A DNA stretch of 64,000 nucleotides from Octopus bimaculoides (Eukaryota), in assembly GCF_001194135.2 (NCBI RefSeq), contig NC_068985.1, positions 102,420,702-102,484,701 of the forward strand, given 5' to 3'. Made by a program: the position numbers and the translations under genes. Below the pieces are notes generated by a model. The model made no database searches. It had not been told where the DNA came from and saw only the letters and a list, made by a program, of their open reading frames with translations. Every line of letters starts with the position of its first letter. Position 1 is the stretch's first letter. Of the stretch, positions 38,701 through 53,753 are shown piece after piece.

Positions 38701-40380
38701 TAAATAATAAATAAAAGGTAGTAACAATACTTTATATTCTAAGTTCACGTCCGACCTAAATCAAATTTGCTTTTCACACATTCGGTGTCGATAAAATAAA
38801 GTATAATTACTGGCGGGTTGGAAGATTCTGTTCATTTACACCCTCTCTTCAGTATTGAAGGTCTCCTGTCTAAATTTGAACAGTTATACATACTGGTATC
38901 CATTCATTTATTCACCTATACATCAGTCAATTTGTACACATCTTTACATTCATATATGCATAAGAGATACATACAAGGTGGTGCTCCAGCATGATCACAG
39001 CCGCATGGTTGAAACGAGTAAAATAGTATACATGCATACATACATACTTGCATAAATACATTCACACATATACACATAGACACATGCATACATACATACA
39101 TACATACGTACATACATACATTCCAGATACGCATTTACAAAATTTTCAAATAATGAAATTTTCCAAACTAAACCACAGGGGGAAAGATACAAGAAAATAG
39201 GTAAAACGTTTGGAGAAAAATCAATACATTCGCCAAGCAATGGAATATTACAAAAAAGGCATTAACAATACTCATTGTATATAAAAAAAAGAAACATACT
39301 CTATAAAAACACATAACCAACAGCCAAATCAGGGAACATTGCAAACCACAAACAAGATATTTCCGGCAACAAAATCGGCTAATGCGCAATGAATATATAT
39401 AACAATACTAAATTTATAATAAACAATATAATGACGACGTAAAGCAACTTCAATTAAAACGTCAACATATGCCAATAATTGTACAAAAATCAATACAGCG
39501 ATACAACAACCACAAAAGCTACCAATAAGCATTAAAAAAGTGACACTTCATAATCATTATTATCCTGTCACCCTTACGTTGTCTTCCTTTCCCTCATCGC
39601 TCTATTTAATTTCTAAATGTGGCTTCATTGTTCTCATTATCTAATTCATTATTGCATTGTATTACACTGAATTATACTTTACTTACATTGACTTCTTCCA
39701 ATTTTTTTCCTTCATTTCTCCCCCCGAATCATTCCTTTTTCCATTATTTCAACTCCTTGACCTTTCGACTTTATTCTTACTTTACTTTCATTCATTGAAT
39801 GCGTATATTTTTATGCTTCTTAATTCATTTTTGCTTTATTTATCTCATCAGAAATGCCTTCTGCTTAGAAGTAGAAAGTAGAAAGTATAGAGGTTCATCG
39901 TTTTTCTCTGTATTAACTGCATTAGGCGAGTAATTAAAGTGTACGCGAGTTGAGCCTATATTTGTTTTAACTACGTATTAGATGTTCGATGCAGTTTACT
40001 GTGAATGAAGCTTTTGATATTGTGCTCTCACTATAATCTACTATGACTGGTTTTGCTTTTTTTTTCAGGCACAAGGCCAAATACACTAGTGGAAGGTTAT
40101 TAGTCTATTTAATCAACAGAAAGTAATTACTAAATTAATTAATCAACTAAAGTTGATTAATACACGCGCGCGCGCGCGAGCGAGAGTATATGTGCGTGCA
40201 CGTGCCCGTGTATACGTTGGTGTGCACGTGTGTGTGTGTGCGTACATGTGTGTCTATGTGGAGGGGTCTTGTGTGTATGTAAGTGTCTGCATATGTTCAT
40301 GTTGGTATATAACTTATCGGACGAGGACACTGTGGGACTGAATTTCATTGTAAGATTATGTTTATATATATATATATATG

Positions 40381-40432
<52 letters not shown>

Positions 40433-40503
40433 CATATGTGTCTGCATATATGTTCGTGTATGCTTGTACTTACACAAATACATATATATTAAGAAAGTGC
40501 TTC

Positions 40504-40579
<76 letters not shown>

Positions 40580-40600
40580 GAGAGAGAGAGGGGCAGGGAG

Positions 40601-40640
<40 letters not shown>

Positions 40641-42133
40641 TCATGGAGCCTTTGATACAATCCACATGCAGTTCTAATGCCAGATTTTCACAAAGGGGTA
40701 GGGAAGATTATTGAATATAATGGTAGAATGAAACCTCTTTGTGTTCTTTACATGTCGTTACATGTTTTCCTTTTCTTTCTGCTTGAATGTTTTTCTCCAA
40801 TTTCTACTTTCACTTTCTATATTTACTTTCATTTTTCCTCACATAATCTTTCCTGTTTGGCTTACAATATGGCTTCCATTTTCTTGCCGTTAATTTTTCC
40901 ACTAAACCCATATACTTTCCATTTTACTTTCATTTATTAGTTGAATATTTCTCTCTTGTTCTTCCGATTCTTATTTTTCGCCTTATTTTCCTCCAATTTC
41001 CTTCACTGCGCTTGCAACAGTTTGAAACTGAACGTCTTAATTGAAACGCTGATCTGTCAATAAATTGAAAAGCGAATTTATTTATTTATTTATTCTTAAC
41101 TCTTTCTTCAACCATTTATTTTTCTCTCTTGTTTAGGAAATTAAAGCAATTGCCATGTTAATTAGAAAACAAAACGGTTTTCTTTGTCATTGTTGTTGCT
41201 GTAATTTTACTTGTTGCTGTAATTTTACTTATTGCTGTTTGTTATCTCTTCTTTTTCCTCGCATCATTCAGCTTTATGTTGTTTATTTTCGGTTTCTTTA
41301 GGCTTTTTTATTTCATTTGTTTTATGGAGATCAAACATGTGTTGATTTGTTTACAAGATGTGGTTTTATTTTAATTTTCCTTTATTTGTTGCATTTGTTA
41401 ATGATGCCAAAGCCAATGTATTTATTGTTTCTTGTATATATTAAAGTTCTGTTTAACTTCGGACTAGTAATTTTTTTTTCTTTCATCATGAATTTTAGCA
41501 CAGAATATTAAGAAATAATATTTACAGAATTAACAAATTATTGATATAACATCATGATGTTATATTGTCTGGTGAACCTCCAAAATACGGAGGATCAGAC
41601 GGCGGAAGGCGACGGGGACAGTAACAACGACAAACACGACGATAAGGATGATGATGAGAACGGCAAAGACTACGGTGATACTGAGGAGGAGAAAGAGAAA
41701 GATAAGCAGGAGTAAGATGTGATGAAGAGGAGGGGGAGGACAAGGAGGACGAGGTAATGTCAGTGGTGGTGGTGGTGGTGGTGGCCGTCGTTCTGGTGGT
41801 AATCATCATTACCAACATCATAAACAACATTGGCAATATCATCTCCATCGTTATTATTAGCATGATTATTTCCACTATAATAACCATCACGATCATAATC
41901 ATCACCATTGTATTGATAAACATATTAATGACAAACATATTAACGACGATCAAGTTGATGACTACGAACAGAATTAGGAAATGACTGTAATACAAGAAAT
42001 ACATACAGCAAAGTTCGGCAGGAAATTCTGTCCCTCAATTCAAACTATCCACGAACTAATATAAATTTTTGACCTCTCTAGTTACGTTGATGGCATTCAG
42101 AAACACATAACTACATCCTAACAAATTCCATTG

Positions 42134-42288
42134 ATTATTTACATTATTTACATTGGACGGATATGTGTCGTTATCTGTTTGTTGTTACCACATCCTTTCG
42201 GCTGATTTACTCTCCAACCTTCATCAGGTGTCCTGGAAGAATTTTGATCTCCACCCTGATTTCTCAGTCCTAAGGTATTTTTTGCTGA

Positions 42289-42352
<64 letters not shown>

Positions 42353-42440
42353 TATTCAAAGCACTGCTAGGAATTGAACTCGAAATCTTAGCGTCAGTAG
42401 TCTGCACTCTTAACCATTACGCTATATGCTCGTGGGCATA
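42134..42440 (-). mobile_element. SINE family D: tRNA-like head, (TAA)n, body, hammerhead-like motif, aatgtaaat tail
   Basis: A box TAGCGTAATGG (42414-42424) and B box GAGTTCAATTCC (42370-42381). CTGATGA (42221-27), stem GGTTG/CAGCC, GAAA (42196-99). Confidence 0.85.
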
Positions 42441-42446
42441 ATAATG

Positions 42447-42501
<55 letters not shown>

Positions 42502-42690
42502 CAACAACAACAACATCAGCAAAAAATACCTTAATAATGAGAACCCAGGGTTGGGTTCAAAATTCTTCCAGGACACCTGATGAAACTTGTTAAAAGTCGA
42601 AACTTTCAGGTAGCAACAAATAAGGTGAGAACACATACCGGTCTAATGTAAATAATGTACAGAATTCCTCATCTCAAAAATATAAAATAG
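42441..42690 (+). mobile_element. Headless inverted copy of family D
   Basis: (TAA)n(CAA)n, then aacatcagcaaaaaatacctta...aattcttccaggacacCTGATGA (42577-83)...GAAA (42599-602)...aatgtaaataatgta. Confidence 0.85.
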
Positions 42691-42884
42691 ATTCCACAGT
42701 TGACTGAAGTAGAAGGCATAAATGATGAAAAATAAAACATGACAACCGTTTAGTGCGTCGAAAAAAGGCTTTCTGGTTTTAGACCTGCCACGTTACATTC
42801 TGAATACGTCATTGCTTTCATGGTTTCGGGGCGGGGTCGGTATAATCAATACTATATGAGTACCGGGAGACAGGGTCCATGCAG

Positions 42885-43095
42885 AGAACCAGTAGGGTCG
42901 TTAGAGCACCGGAGAAAAGATTAACGGTAATCTGTCCGACATCATGGACTGAGGTCAAATTCGGTTGAGGTCGATTTTACCTCTCACAATTTCGGTGTCG
43001 ATGATATTAAGGGCCAGTTGAACGCAAATGTCGAAATAATGGACTTACCCACCTCCCAACGTAATTGTTGGACTCGTGTCAAATTCTGAAACCAT
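42885..43095 (+). mobile_element. SINE family A (diverged)
   Basis: cgttagagcaccgg...gaggtcaaattc..tgaggtcgatttt...tttcggtgtcgat...tctgaaacca. Confidence 0.75.
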
Positions 43096-43099
43096 TATT

Positions 43100-43146
<47 letters not shown>

Positions 43147-44120
43147 TGTTGTTGTTGTTGTTATAGTGATAGTAGTAGAAGCGGCAGCAGCCGCCGTTGT
43201 TGAAACAATACTGCTATAATAAATAATTCAAATCAATTGTTTGATGTTTTGTTCTGGACAAATCTAAACCCAGTGCATGTCCAGTCTACGACAGGTTCAT
43301 GATTAGCTTCGTCATTCACATTTCATATTCATTCTGATTTTCAATAATTCAAGAAAAAAGCATTACCATCACACTTCTTTCTTTCTTTCTTTCTGTATGT
43401 ATGTATGTATGTATGTATGTATGTATGTATGTACGTACGCTTGTGTGTATGTTTTTATGCATGTCTGTATGTATATTTGTTTATGTATGTATCTATGTAT
43501 GTGTACATGTATGTATGTGTGTATATATATTATGTTTGTATGTAAGTGTGTTTGTGTGTGTGTGTGTGTGCGTGCGTGCCCGTGTGTGTGTTTGCGTGTG
43601 TGTGTAAGTGACGTACGTGACCTGGAGTATAGGATGATGCACTCAGGAGTCCCAGGTCGTGATTTTATGATTTAAATTGCTGGACCTGGTGATGCGTTGT
43701 GTTCTTGGGCAAAACACTTCGTCACGTGTTGCCCTGCAATCAAAGTGATATCTGACGTATGTGTGCTGAAAGATTCCTGGCTTTAAGGGTGTCGCAAGAA
43801 ACCTGGATAGAGGATCAACTTTCCAAGTTCTTTTATAGGACTTTGATACACTGAAGGACTGCTGCAATACGTCTGTGAATCTGAGAGTGGTATAACCAAA
43901 GAACTAGGATGTAAGCGGTTCAACACAAGAGACCGATAGAATACGTGCCAGGCTTACAAAGAGTAAGTCTTGGGGCGAATCATTCGACTAAAATGCGGGC
44001 GGGCGGGCGGATGGATGGATGGGTGGGTGGATGGGTGGATGGATGGGTGGATCGGTTTTTGGGTGTTTAGGTAAGTAGGTAGGTAGTTAGGTAGATAGAT
44101 AGATAGATAGATAGATAGAC

Positions 44121-44190
<70 letters not shown>

Positions 44191-45019
44191 ACATGTACAT
44201 ACACGCATGCATATTTAAATATTTGTGCGTCCGAGTGCGTGTGTATGTGTGTGTTTGCGTGTTCGTGTGTGTATGTAGCTTAAGCATAATGATGTTGTTA
44301 TTGTTCAATGCTAGTGTTAGCTGGAACATTTATGACAGTTACCAAGCCGAAATCCTTTGTGCTTTTTATGTTATTGTGTTACTGTGATATGTATTTGCTA
44401 TGACTGTGTAGTTACTTTGGTGATGACGATGACGATGTTTGTGGCGAAGAATCTCACAGTGATTTTCAATTTGAATGTATTTATGGAGAGACAATCAATC
44501 TGAAATTTATCAAGACGTCATAATGTCAATAGAAGTATTGTAAAAGATGGATGTCGTATTGTGATTGGAAATAATAACAGGCACATCATAAACACATACA
44601 TATATCACCAACATTTACATACACAAATGCATATGCACGCCCAAACATGTCCAAACACACAAGCACAGACAAATATATTCTGCATATATGTATGTGTATA
44701 CACACACACAGGCACACATGTCTATAAATATATATATATATAGANNNNNNNNNNNNNNNNNNNNNNNNNNNNNNNNNNNNNNNNNNNNNNNNNNNNNNNN
44801 NNNNNNNNNNNNNNNNNNNNNNNNNNNNNNNNNNNNNNNNNNNNNNNNNNNNNNNNNNNNNNNNNNNNNNNNNNNNNNNNNNNNNNNNNNNNNNNNNNNN
44901 NNNNNNNNNNNNNNNNNNNNNNNNNNNNNNNNNNNNNNNNNNNNNNNNNNNNNNNNNNNNNNNNNNNNNNNNNNNNNNNNNNNNNNNNNNNNNNNNNNNN
45001 NNNNNNNNNNNNNNNNNNN

Positions 45020-45061
<42 letters not shown>

Positions 45062-48000
45062 GTGTGTGTGTGCGTATGTGTGTGTGTGTGTGTGTGTGTG
45101 TATAGTGTAATATTTCTATATTCGTATAACCATACTTATATTCTTATACAAAAAGTGTGTCCGTAAGCACGTGTGTGTATCTGCGTGTATTCATGATTTG
45201 TGCCTGTGTGAGATAATGAGTCTTCTGTGTGTGTGTACGTGTGTCTGTACGTTTGTGTGTGTGTGTGTGTGTGTGTGCGTGTGCGTGTGTGCGTGTGTGT
45301 GTGTGTGTGTTGTACCAGCTTTTGCTTCCACAATGTCAAATCCATCTTTCTCCATTTTCTACTGACATTATGGCGTCTTGATAAATTTCAGATTGATAGA
45401 CTTTCCACAACTACTCTCGACTACAGTAATGCTCCACCACAAATATCTTCAGTTTCATCAAATCGACAACAACAGCTCCACCATGACAGCTATTATTTAT
45501 AGTAAAAAAAATAATAACAGCAATTACACCAAATAACAACATCATAACGATACTAAGCACCGGTGCCATTAGCTCTAACTACAACACAATACGTAAGAAT
45601 AGCACATGTAATAATGGTTTCTAAACAGTAATAGCATTACTAATAACAGAAGTATAATCGCTACTGTTCATTGCCATCATAAAAATAATAATTTTCATCA
45701 TACATCTAACATCGGAGTCCTTATTACTGTTAGTAATGCCACTAGCGACAAAAATAAAAGCAATAAAACCAGCCACTACTAAGGGAAATATATTAATAAA
45801 AACGATAAGCATTATTACAGCTTTTAATAGCTGCAATAAGAACTTCAGTCTCGACAACACGAATTGTGTCACTTGGAAACAGTGACGACCATTCACTTGA
45901 ACCATCACTAAACATAACCATAACTACCTTAAAACCAGAACAACAACAACAGCTAGAAAAACTTCTTTCATAGACACTTGCTCGTATTTGACGAATGAAA
46001 ATGTGATTCAGGAGAAATAATTTTGACCAGTTTGTAACTCAGTTAATTTAGCAGCAAATGTCATTTCATTGCGTCGCGGTATTAGAAAAAAAAATTTCCC
46101 TCTTTACAATTATTCTGTCATAGATTGATTATAGTTGACCGACACTCATTGACAGTGTGGTAAGATATAAAAATTATGTAAAGTGTGTGAAAGGAGAACA
46201 AATTTGAAGACTTTTTTTTATCTTACTACCATGTTGACAAATTTATTTGAGCTTTTTTTAGATGCAGCCACGCAGTTTATTTTCCGTTTATTATGTTTTG
46301 TAAATAAGTTATTCATCTACTGGAAAAGTGCCCCATCAACTTTCCGAAATATCCCAAAGTAAAGAGAGGAGATAATAACAATTCATGAAGTGTTATGAGA
46401 TTGAAAATGAGTCCTGTAAGTTTGCGACGAATGGCTTCAGTTCAAATCATCGTGCAACCGAAGGTTCGTCGTGTCAAATCGGGCAACTCATAAAGTCAAC
46501 CAACCAACTAATTTTAGCATTCATTACTAGGAATTTTCTCGGACTTTCGTGTATTCAGTTTAACTCAGAAGATTTTAGTTGATTTTAGGCTCTTTTGAAC
46601 GAAGCTGACCAAAATTGCCGTGCAATAGCATCGAGCTGGGAAACTCTTGATTGCAAATGAGTCTCCTTAGACACAACGCTAAGCTTCTGCACATGTTTTA
46701 CCATTATGGAGCTGTGCATAGAAAAGAGAAGCTTTAGTATAATTCGTACATTATCAAATTCCTATAAATTTCTAGCTTTGAGCTTGGCTATGAAATCAAT
46801 AAGCAATCTCTTTAGAGTACAGTTATCTTAGAAGCTAATTCTAAAACCCAATTTCCAGGCCTAGTTTTATTCCTTCAAATTCATTTTATCGCTAGTTTTC
46901 TTTTAAAATAATCACGGAAGTCGCATAATCTAATTTCCTTAGATTATCTCCCTACATTAGCAAGAGACCTATTACCTTATCATATCTGAGGCGAGAGTAC
47001 TGAATCAAATAATGAGTAGCTAGAGGGATGATACTCGTAGAATAATTGTACTCTTAAGTAATCGCATATTGGTTTTTATGATTAGACTTAAATTACTCAT
47101 TCATAGCATTTTGATACAGTTGGAACTTACAGCACTTCCCACGACATTGTTTTATTAATGACATAATTATGAATACAGGCTAAGTTTTGTTGTTAAGAAG
47201 TTCGCTTCGCAATCACATGGGCTCGGTTTCGATCCCATGGCAACAATGGCGAGCCTTTAACTAAAATATTATTCTTTATTTCTGTGGATTTATGCAATAT
47301 TGACAGAGTGATTAGAAATTAAATTCGCTTCTCTTTTGAAATGTACTGTTATTTCTTTGAATCTGCACTATTGTTGAAATAGGGCTAAAACACTGAAGTA
47401 TGACAACCTTGAAATATTGCATTGTGACTTTTTATAGTCATAGATTATACCAAGTAGAAGCATTTACGAGTCTCTTAATCAATTCCAATGCGTTCACATT
47501 CTTAATCTCCGTCAGGCATTTTCCACTGGAAATATCCCTTTCTCGCATAGATCTAGAAATATCACAAGACCACTGTTGCTTTAATTTCCTTTCAAAAGCG
47601 CACATAAAATTTCATATCGCTCCATTTACCTGCAAAAAAATTCAGCGCGTCTTTAATAGCCAAAGAGGGAGAGGAAGACGAGGCTGGAATTAGAGATGAG
47701 AGAGAAAAAATCATTTGACGTTATATTATCAGAGTCTGTAAAATTGTATGATTAACTCCAGCGCGTTATTTGTAGAAAATTGAATTCGCTTCCAGCAACA
47801 CACAATTCATTGGAAAAGATAATGAGTATCTTAACCCATTGGGTCTAAAGGGGAGTCAACCGAAGACTAATGTATCTAGGAGAAGTCAACTTGGCGGGGA
47901 TTACAATCCTTTCCATCAGCAGTTGGGTTAGCACTTCAATACATAAAAACAAGCTAATGAAATATCCGTCAGATTTGCAAGTAACTGAATGTTTATAATA

Positions 48001-49243
48001 GGGAGTCGTACCATGTTAGCTATTTACGACCGAGAAAAACATGCCCCTTTGAAGTTGGTAACCATGGATACCTCATTATGACGGTGACGTAATACAAACT
48101 GTGAATGAATCATTTGGTTTATCAATTCCACACCCACCAGCCTTGCCATTTGCAGCTCTCAGAATATTTAAACAGATCCGAATGTACCTCCATGCTTCTA
48201 AATATAACGAACTGAGAAGTAGGCTATTGATGTTTTGCTTTCTAATCTTTTTTTGTAAATTTAGTTGTAAGTTTTTGTTACTTTTCCATATATTTCGAGA
48301 GGGTGTGTGAGTTGAGAAAAAAAATGGAAAATTTTACTGCTGTAGTTTAAAGATTTTCTATTGAAAAACCTAACTCTTTAATGTATCAAAGTGTCCTGGA
48401 AGTATTTAAGAAACAATTGCCCTTCAATCTTCACTACGCCACACTATTTTTCATGTGTTCAAAGCAAACAAGAATTAAATGGGTTGATAAATATCGATTT
48501 CTTCTTTCCTTCTTCCACTACTTGCCACCATTTTTTTTATATCTTTGTTTTTATTTTAAATGTGAAATCTTGCCGCAACGGTTCCTCTGTTGCTTTGTTA
48601 CTGGTGCTGAAGCCTATGGTATTTTAATCGCTGTTGTTGTTGTTGTTGCTCCATACAGTTATTGATTCTGTCCAACATTTACGTTGCTCATTCAGTTCTT
48701 CTTGTCGGCTTGTGGTGATTGTTGTCGGTGTGGTTGTTGTTGTTGCTGTTGCTGTTCTAGTTGTTGTTATTCTTATTATAGCTGGGTTCTTTTTCAAAAC
48801 TGTTCCGATGGTGTTGTGTTACATGACTGCGCTGTTCTCATGTTCATACTGATGTCAATACCACTGACGCAATTATTGTTCTGACTGCACATATGGCTGT
48901 TACTCTAGATGCTGTTGCTGCTGGTGCACTTGTGGTTGCAACTGCTCTTTCTGCAACTGCTGCTGCTGTTTACCCTAAAGAACATATTGAATGTTCATAT
49001 TCCAGACGTCCAACTCCTCAGTCTACATTTTATACCAGTTTATGGTATTACATTTATATTTACTTGTTATACTATTAATATTTTTACCTATGGTTATTTT
49101 GATTATTATAATCATATTCTTATTTATTTATTTGTTTATTGTTATTCTTCTTATGGATATTTTTTGTCATAATTCTTTATCTTTATTCATAATATTCTTT
49201 TTAGTTACAACTCCAGTACGTTGAGCCTATGTGACTAAAAATT

Positions 49244-49285
49244 ATGTAGAAACTTCTATGTAGAAACTTCTATGTAGAAACTTCT
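49244..49285. repeat. 14-bp tandem repeat (ATGTAGAAACTTCT) x3
   Basis: Three exact copies are visible. Confidence 0.95.
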
Positions 49286-49519
49286 GTGTTGCTGTTTATT
49301 AATGCTTTGCACTACTTCTTTACTTCTTTTTCCATTTTCTTCTTCTTTTTCTTCTTTATTTCTCCTTTCGTTATTACTCTCATCATCACCACCGTTATCA
49401 TCATCGTCATCAGCATTAGCAGCACCACCACCGCCACCACAACCACAACCACCACCACCACCACCATCAACATTATCATTATTGCATTTTATTACTATTA
49501 TACGTTATCATTTCCAAAG

Positions 49520-49876
<357 letters not shown>

Positions 49877-50922
49877 CTTTTATTATTAGTTTCCCCAGCG
49901 TTCCTTACTGTTATTATTAACGTTATAATCGTCGTCGTCGTCGTCTTTCATGCTAGAAGTGGCTTTAGATGCTTTACAAATTACTTTATTTTGGCTTTGT
50001 TGTGTTACTTAATATGGAGATAAATTCAATAAACCTTTACAATTCCTTTTAAGCTGTGTATGGAGAGACTGTGTAATGATATTTTCATGGCTAGGCTGGC
50101 ACGGAGTGGCGGAGAGCATTGTGGACAAAGCGAGCAAAGGGGAAAATAACGTGCAAGATAAGAATCGGAAAGATAAAGCGATAAGAAGGAGGGATAAAAG
50201 AACGCAAAAGAGAAAACATGTGGTTTGTAGTAGTAGTGGTGGTGGTGATGGTGGTGGTNNNNNNNNNNNNNNNNNNNNNNNNNNNNNNNNNNNNNNNNNN
50301 NNNNNNNNNNNNNNNNNNNNNNNNNNNNNNNNNNNNNNNNNNNNNNNNNNNNNNNNNNNNNNNNNNNNNNNNNNNNNNNNNNNNNNNNNNNNNNNNNNNN
50401 NNNNNNNNNNNNNNNNNNNNNNNNNNNNNNNNNNNNNNNNNNNNNNNNNNNNNNNNNNNNNNNNNNNNNNNNNNNNNNNNNNNNNNNNNNNNNNNNNNNN
50501 NNNNNNNNNNNNNNNNNNNNNNNNNNNNNNNNNNNNNNNNNNNNNNNNNNNNNNNNNNNNNNNNNNNNNNNNNNNNNNNNNNNNNNNNNNNNNNNNNNNN
50601 NNNNNNNNNNNNNNNNNNNNNNNNNNNNNNNNNNNNNNNNNNNNNNNNNNNNNNNNNNNNNNNNNNNNNNNNNNNNNNNNNNNNNNNNNNNNNNNNNNNN
50701 NNNNNNNNNNNNNNNNNNNNNNNNNNNNNNNNNNNNNNNNNNNNNNNNNNNNNNNNNNNNNNNNNNNNNNNNNNNNNNNNNNNNNNNNNNNNNNNNNNNN
50801 NNNNNNNNNNNNNNNNNNNNNNNNNNNNNNNNNNNNNNNNNNNNNNNNNNNNNNNNNNNNNNNNNNNNNNNNNNNNNNNTATATATATATATATACATTT
50901 ATATATATGTATGCTTATAGGT

Positions 50923-50985
<63 letters not shown>

Positions 50986-53753
50986 TGTACAGAGAGAGAG
51001 AAAAGGAAAGAAAGAAAGAGAGATGGAGAGAGAGGGAGAGTGATGTGAAAAGTGCAATAGAGAAATAAACTGACACACAACGAGAAAGGGAGACTGACAA
51101 AGGAAGGGAGATGCGAGAGAAAAGCGATGGAGGTTATCAGAGTCTGATAGAGAAATACGTCTGTAAAGGCATTAAAATGTTATGAAATATGAAAACAAAC
51201 TTTAGGAAAGACAAAAGAGAAACACAGAAGGACTGAGAATGGGCGAGGATGTTTTGTGTGAAATGGCGTATGGAAAGAAAGTGAAAGGCTTTATTGCAAG
51301 AGTGTGTGAGGAAAATTGGGTGTTTGTGTACGTTTGAGGGTATGCTTCTATGTCACTGTTTGTGTGTGTGTGTGTTTATGTGTATGCGCGTGAATGCATG
51401 TTGTGTAGGGAGAAACTGTGTATAGAAGAAAGAGATCCATACAGATAAAAGAAACGGAGATAGAATTAGGATGTGAGAGGGTCAGAGAATATAGAAATGA
51501 AATGAAGATAGGAATAGAGAAAGAGAAATCTAGAATACATTAAAGACAAAATGAAATGAATGAATGAATGAATGAATGAGTGAATGAGTGAATGAATGAA
51601 TGAATGAATGAATGAAAGGATTAGAATGAAAGAGAGCGCAGGCGTTTGATTTAATTGATTCGTTAATTACTTTTTGAATAGAGCGAGAAATGTGCCCTCT
51701 TATGGGAAATGCATTATTGAATATTTCGCTCAAGGACCTTACTTCATCTTTGACTTTATATCTCGTAATCCCTTTCTTTCTTCAGTTTCTTTCTCTTCTT
51801 CCCCCCCTCTCTCTCTCTCTCATTCTTACTTTTTCTTTCTTTATCTCTTCTCCCATCCATCTCTCTATTTATCTTTCTTATTCTCCCTTTTGTTCTATTT
51901 CTCTTGATGGTTTATCATCTCTTCAGAACATTCGCTTCTACTTTCTTTGCAAAGCTTCAACATCTTTCCCTGAATTCCAAATCCCTCTTCCTCTCCCTTT
52001 CTCCCCATATGCTTTTCTCCCATTCTCTTCTATCTCCCCTATATTCTATCTACCATTATTTGTCTGTCTCTCTATCTTTCTCCCCCTCTCCCTTTCTGTC
52101 TTTATCCATCTATGATTCTTTTACTCTCTCCCAATCTCTTTCATTCTTCCTCAGTGTTATATTCACCATTAAAATCTCTAAAAAAAAAAAACCTAACCAC
52201 TCCCTTCATTATCGAGCTTATCTGAAGGATGGCAGGTTATTCCGTCATTCTCAACTTCCACGTCATTTTTACTTTTAATCATATTCCATACATGTCACAG
52301 TTAATTTTTCTAACGTGCTCTGTTCCAACACCATGTCTTTAACTTGACTTTTTCACACCACTTCCCTTACGTGAGGCTTACACCTTCATACATTGCCTAT
52401 TATTCTAATATAATATATTATATATTATCTAATTTGATTTTACATCAATCGCAACAATCGAAATGACTGAGTGCTATGCACCATTCCACTGTTATTCATT
52501 TCATTGATGTTGATTTTGTTGCTCTTGTTGTTGGTAGTGATGACGCTGATCATGATCGTGGTCATGATGATGATGCCTCATATCAACTCTGATTCAATTA
52601 GACCAGTTTTTTTCTCAAACTATTTTTGACTACTTCCTCCTTGTCTTTTATTAACACTTTTATTTCATTGTTCCCGTGCTATTATTAAATTCTTCCCACT
52701 ACCACGACAATTTAATGCACATACACTTAATATCAGTGTATTAGTTTGATGACGGCGATTTCTTACCAATGTCCTCCCTCCTACTACAAGCGAATATTTG
52801 AGTTGACCACGATTGAACCGATTTACTGATCTAACCTTTAGCATGCGACTTCAAACAACCTCGTTCAGGTATTCATAGTGATTCTTGCATACATACTCAA
52901 ATACACACCCACACTCACCCACGCATACATACGTCCACTCATCCATCCATCCATCCATACATACATACATACATACATGCATACACACATACATATATGT
53001 ATGCATTTATGTATGAAATTTATTTGAAGATTAAGAAGGATACCATTGGTTTCATGCATTGAATTCTCAGCAATTACCGTGCCAATATTTTGCCATTAGC
53101 TCGCAGATGAAATTTAAATTTAGAGGTCAATTTACAGTAGTTAATATTGCTATCTTCGTTCTTGCAATTGTCTTTAACAAGCAGTTGTCATAATATTACA
53201 TATATGTTAAAATAAATATTTAATCAATGAACAAAATTGATAAAATTACAATGATTACTGCCTTCAGGCAGATTCAATCCGCTTCAGCAACCTTCAGTCT
53301 CCTTCAGATTCCTTAGTCTTTAGTATCACCGAAAGATTTCCAGCACCCACGATAATTGTAACTGAATAAAACCTAAAACCAAGAGCCTTCAGTCAACGAA
53401 TATCAAGCTATTTTTTTCTGAATCAGACTATCCAATATATTTACATTTATGACGGTAGAGTGAGATTCCAGTGAAGCTTTTCTGCTTTATTTTGCAAGAT
53501 ATGGAAAGACATTAACGCAGCGATGTTAGATCGTTGCCGTTTCGTTGTGAATTGCAGTTTCTGTAATTGTGGAGCGAAAAGACACCATTTTTCTTGTTGA
53601 TTCTGTTGTCGTGACAGGGAGAAATATTTGCTGTCATCCTAGCCAAATAAAGATTTATCATTAAATTTCATTAAGCAGTAACTTTCTTTCAGTAAGTATG
53701 AGCTTTAAGATGCTACGAAATAAGTAGAAGTAGGAGAAGGGGAAGAAGAAGTA

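Noticed and set aside
44066-44085. TAG|GTAAGT motif
   Set aside because: Part of a (TAGG)/(TAGA) microsatellite, with no polypyrimidine tract.
51890-51930. Minus-strand CTGAAGA-GATG...CATC followed by GAAA
   Set aside because: GAAA is displaced by 4 nt, and there is no stem I or stem III.
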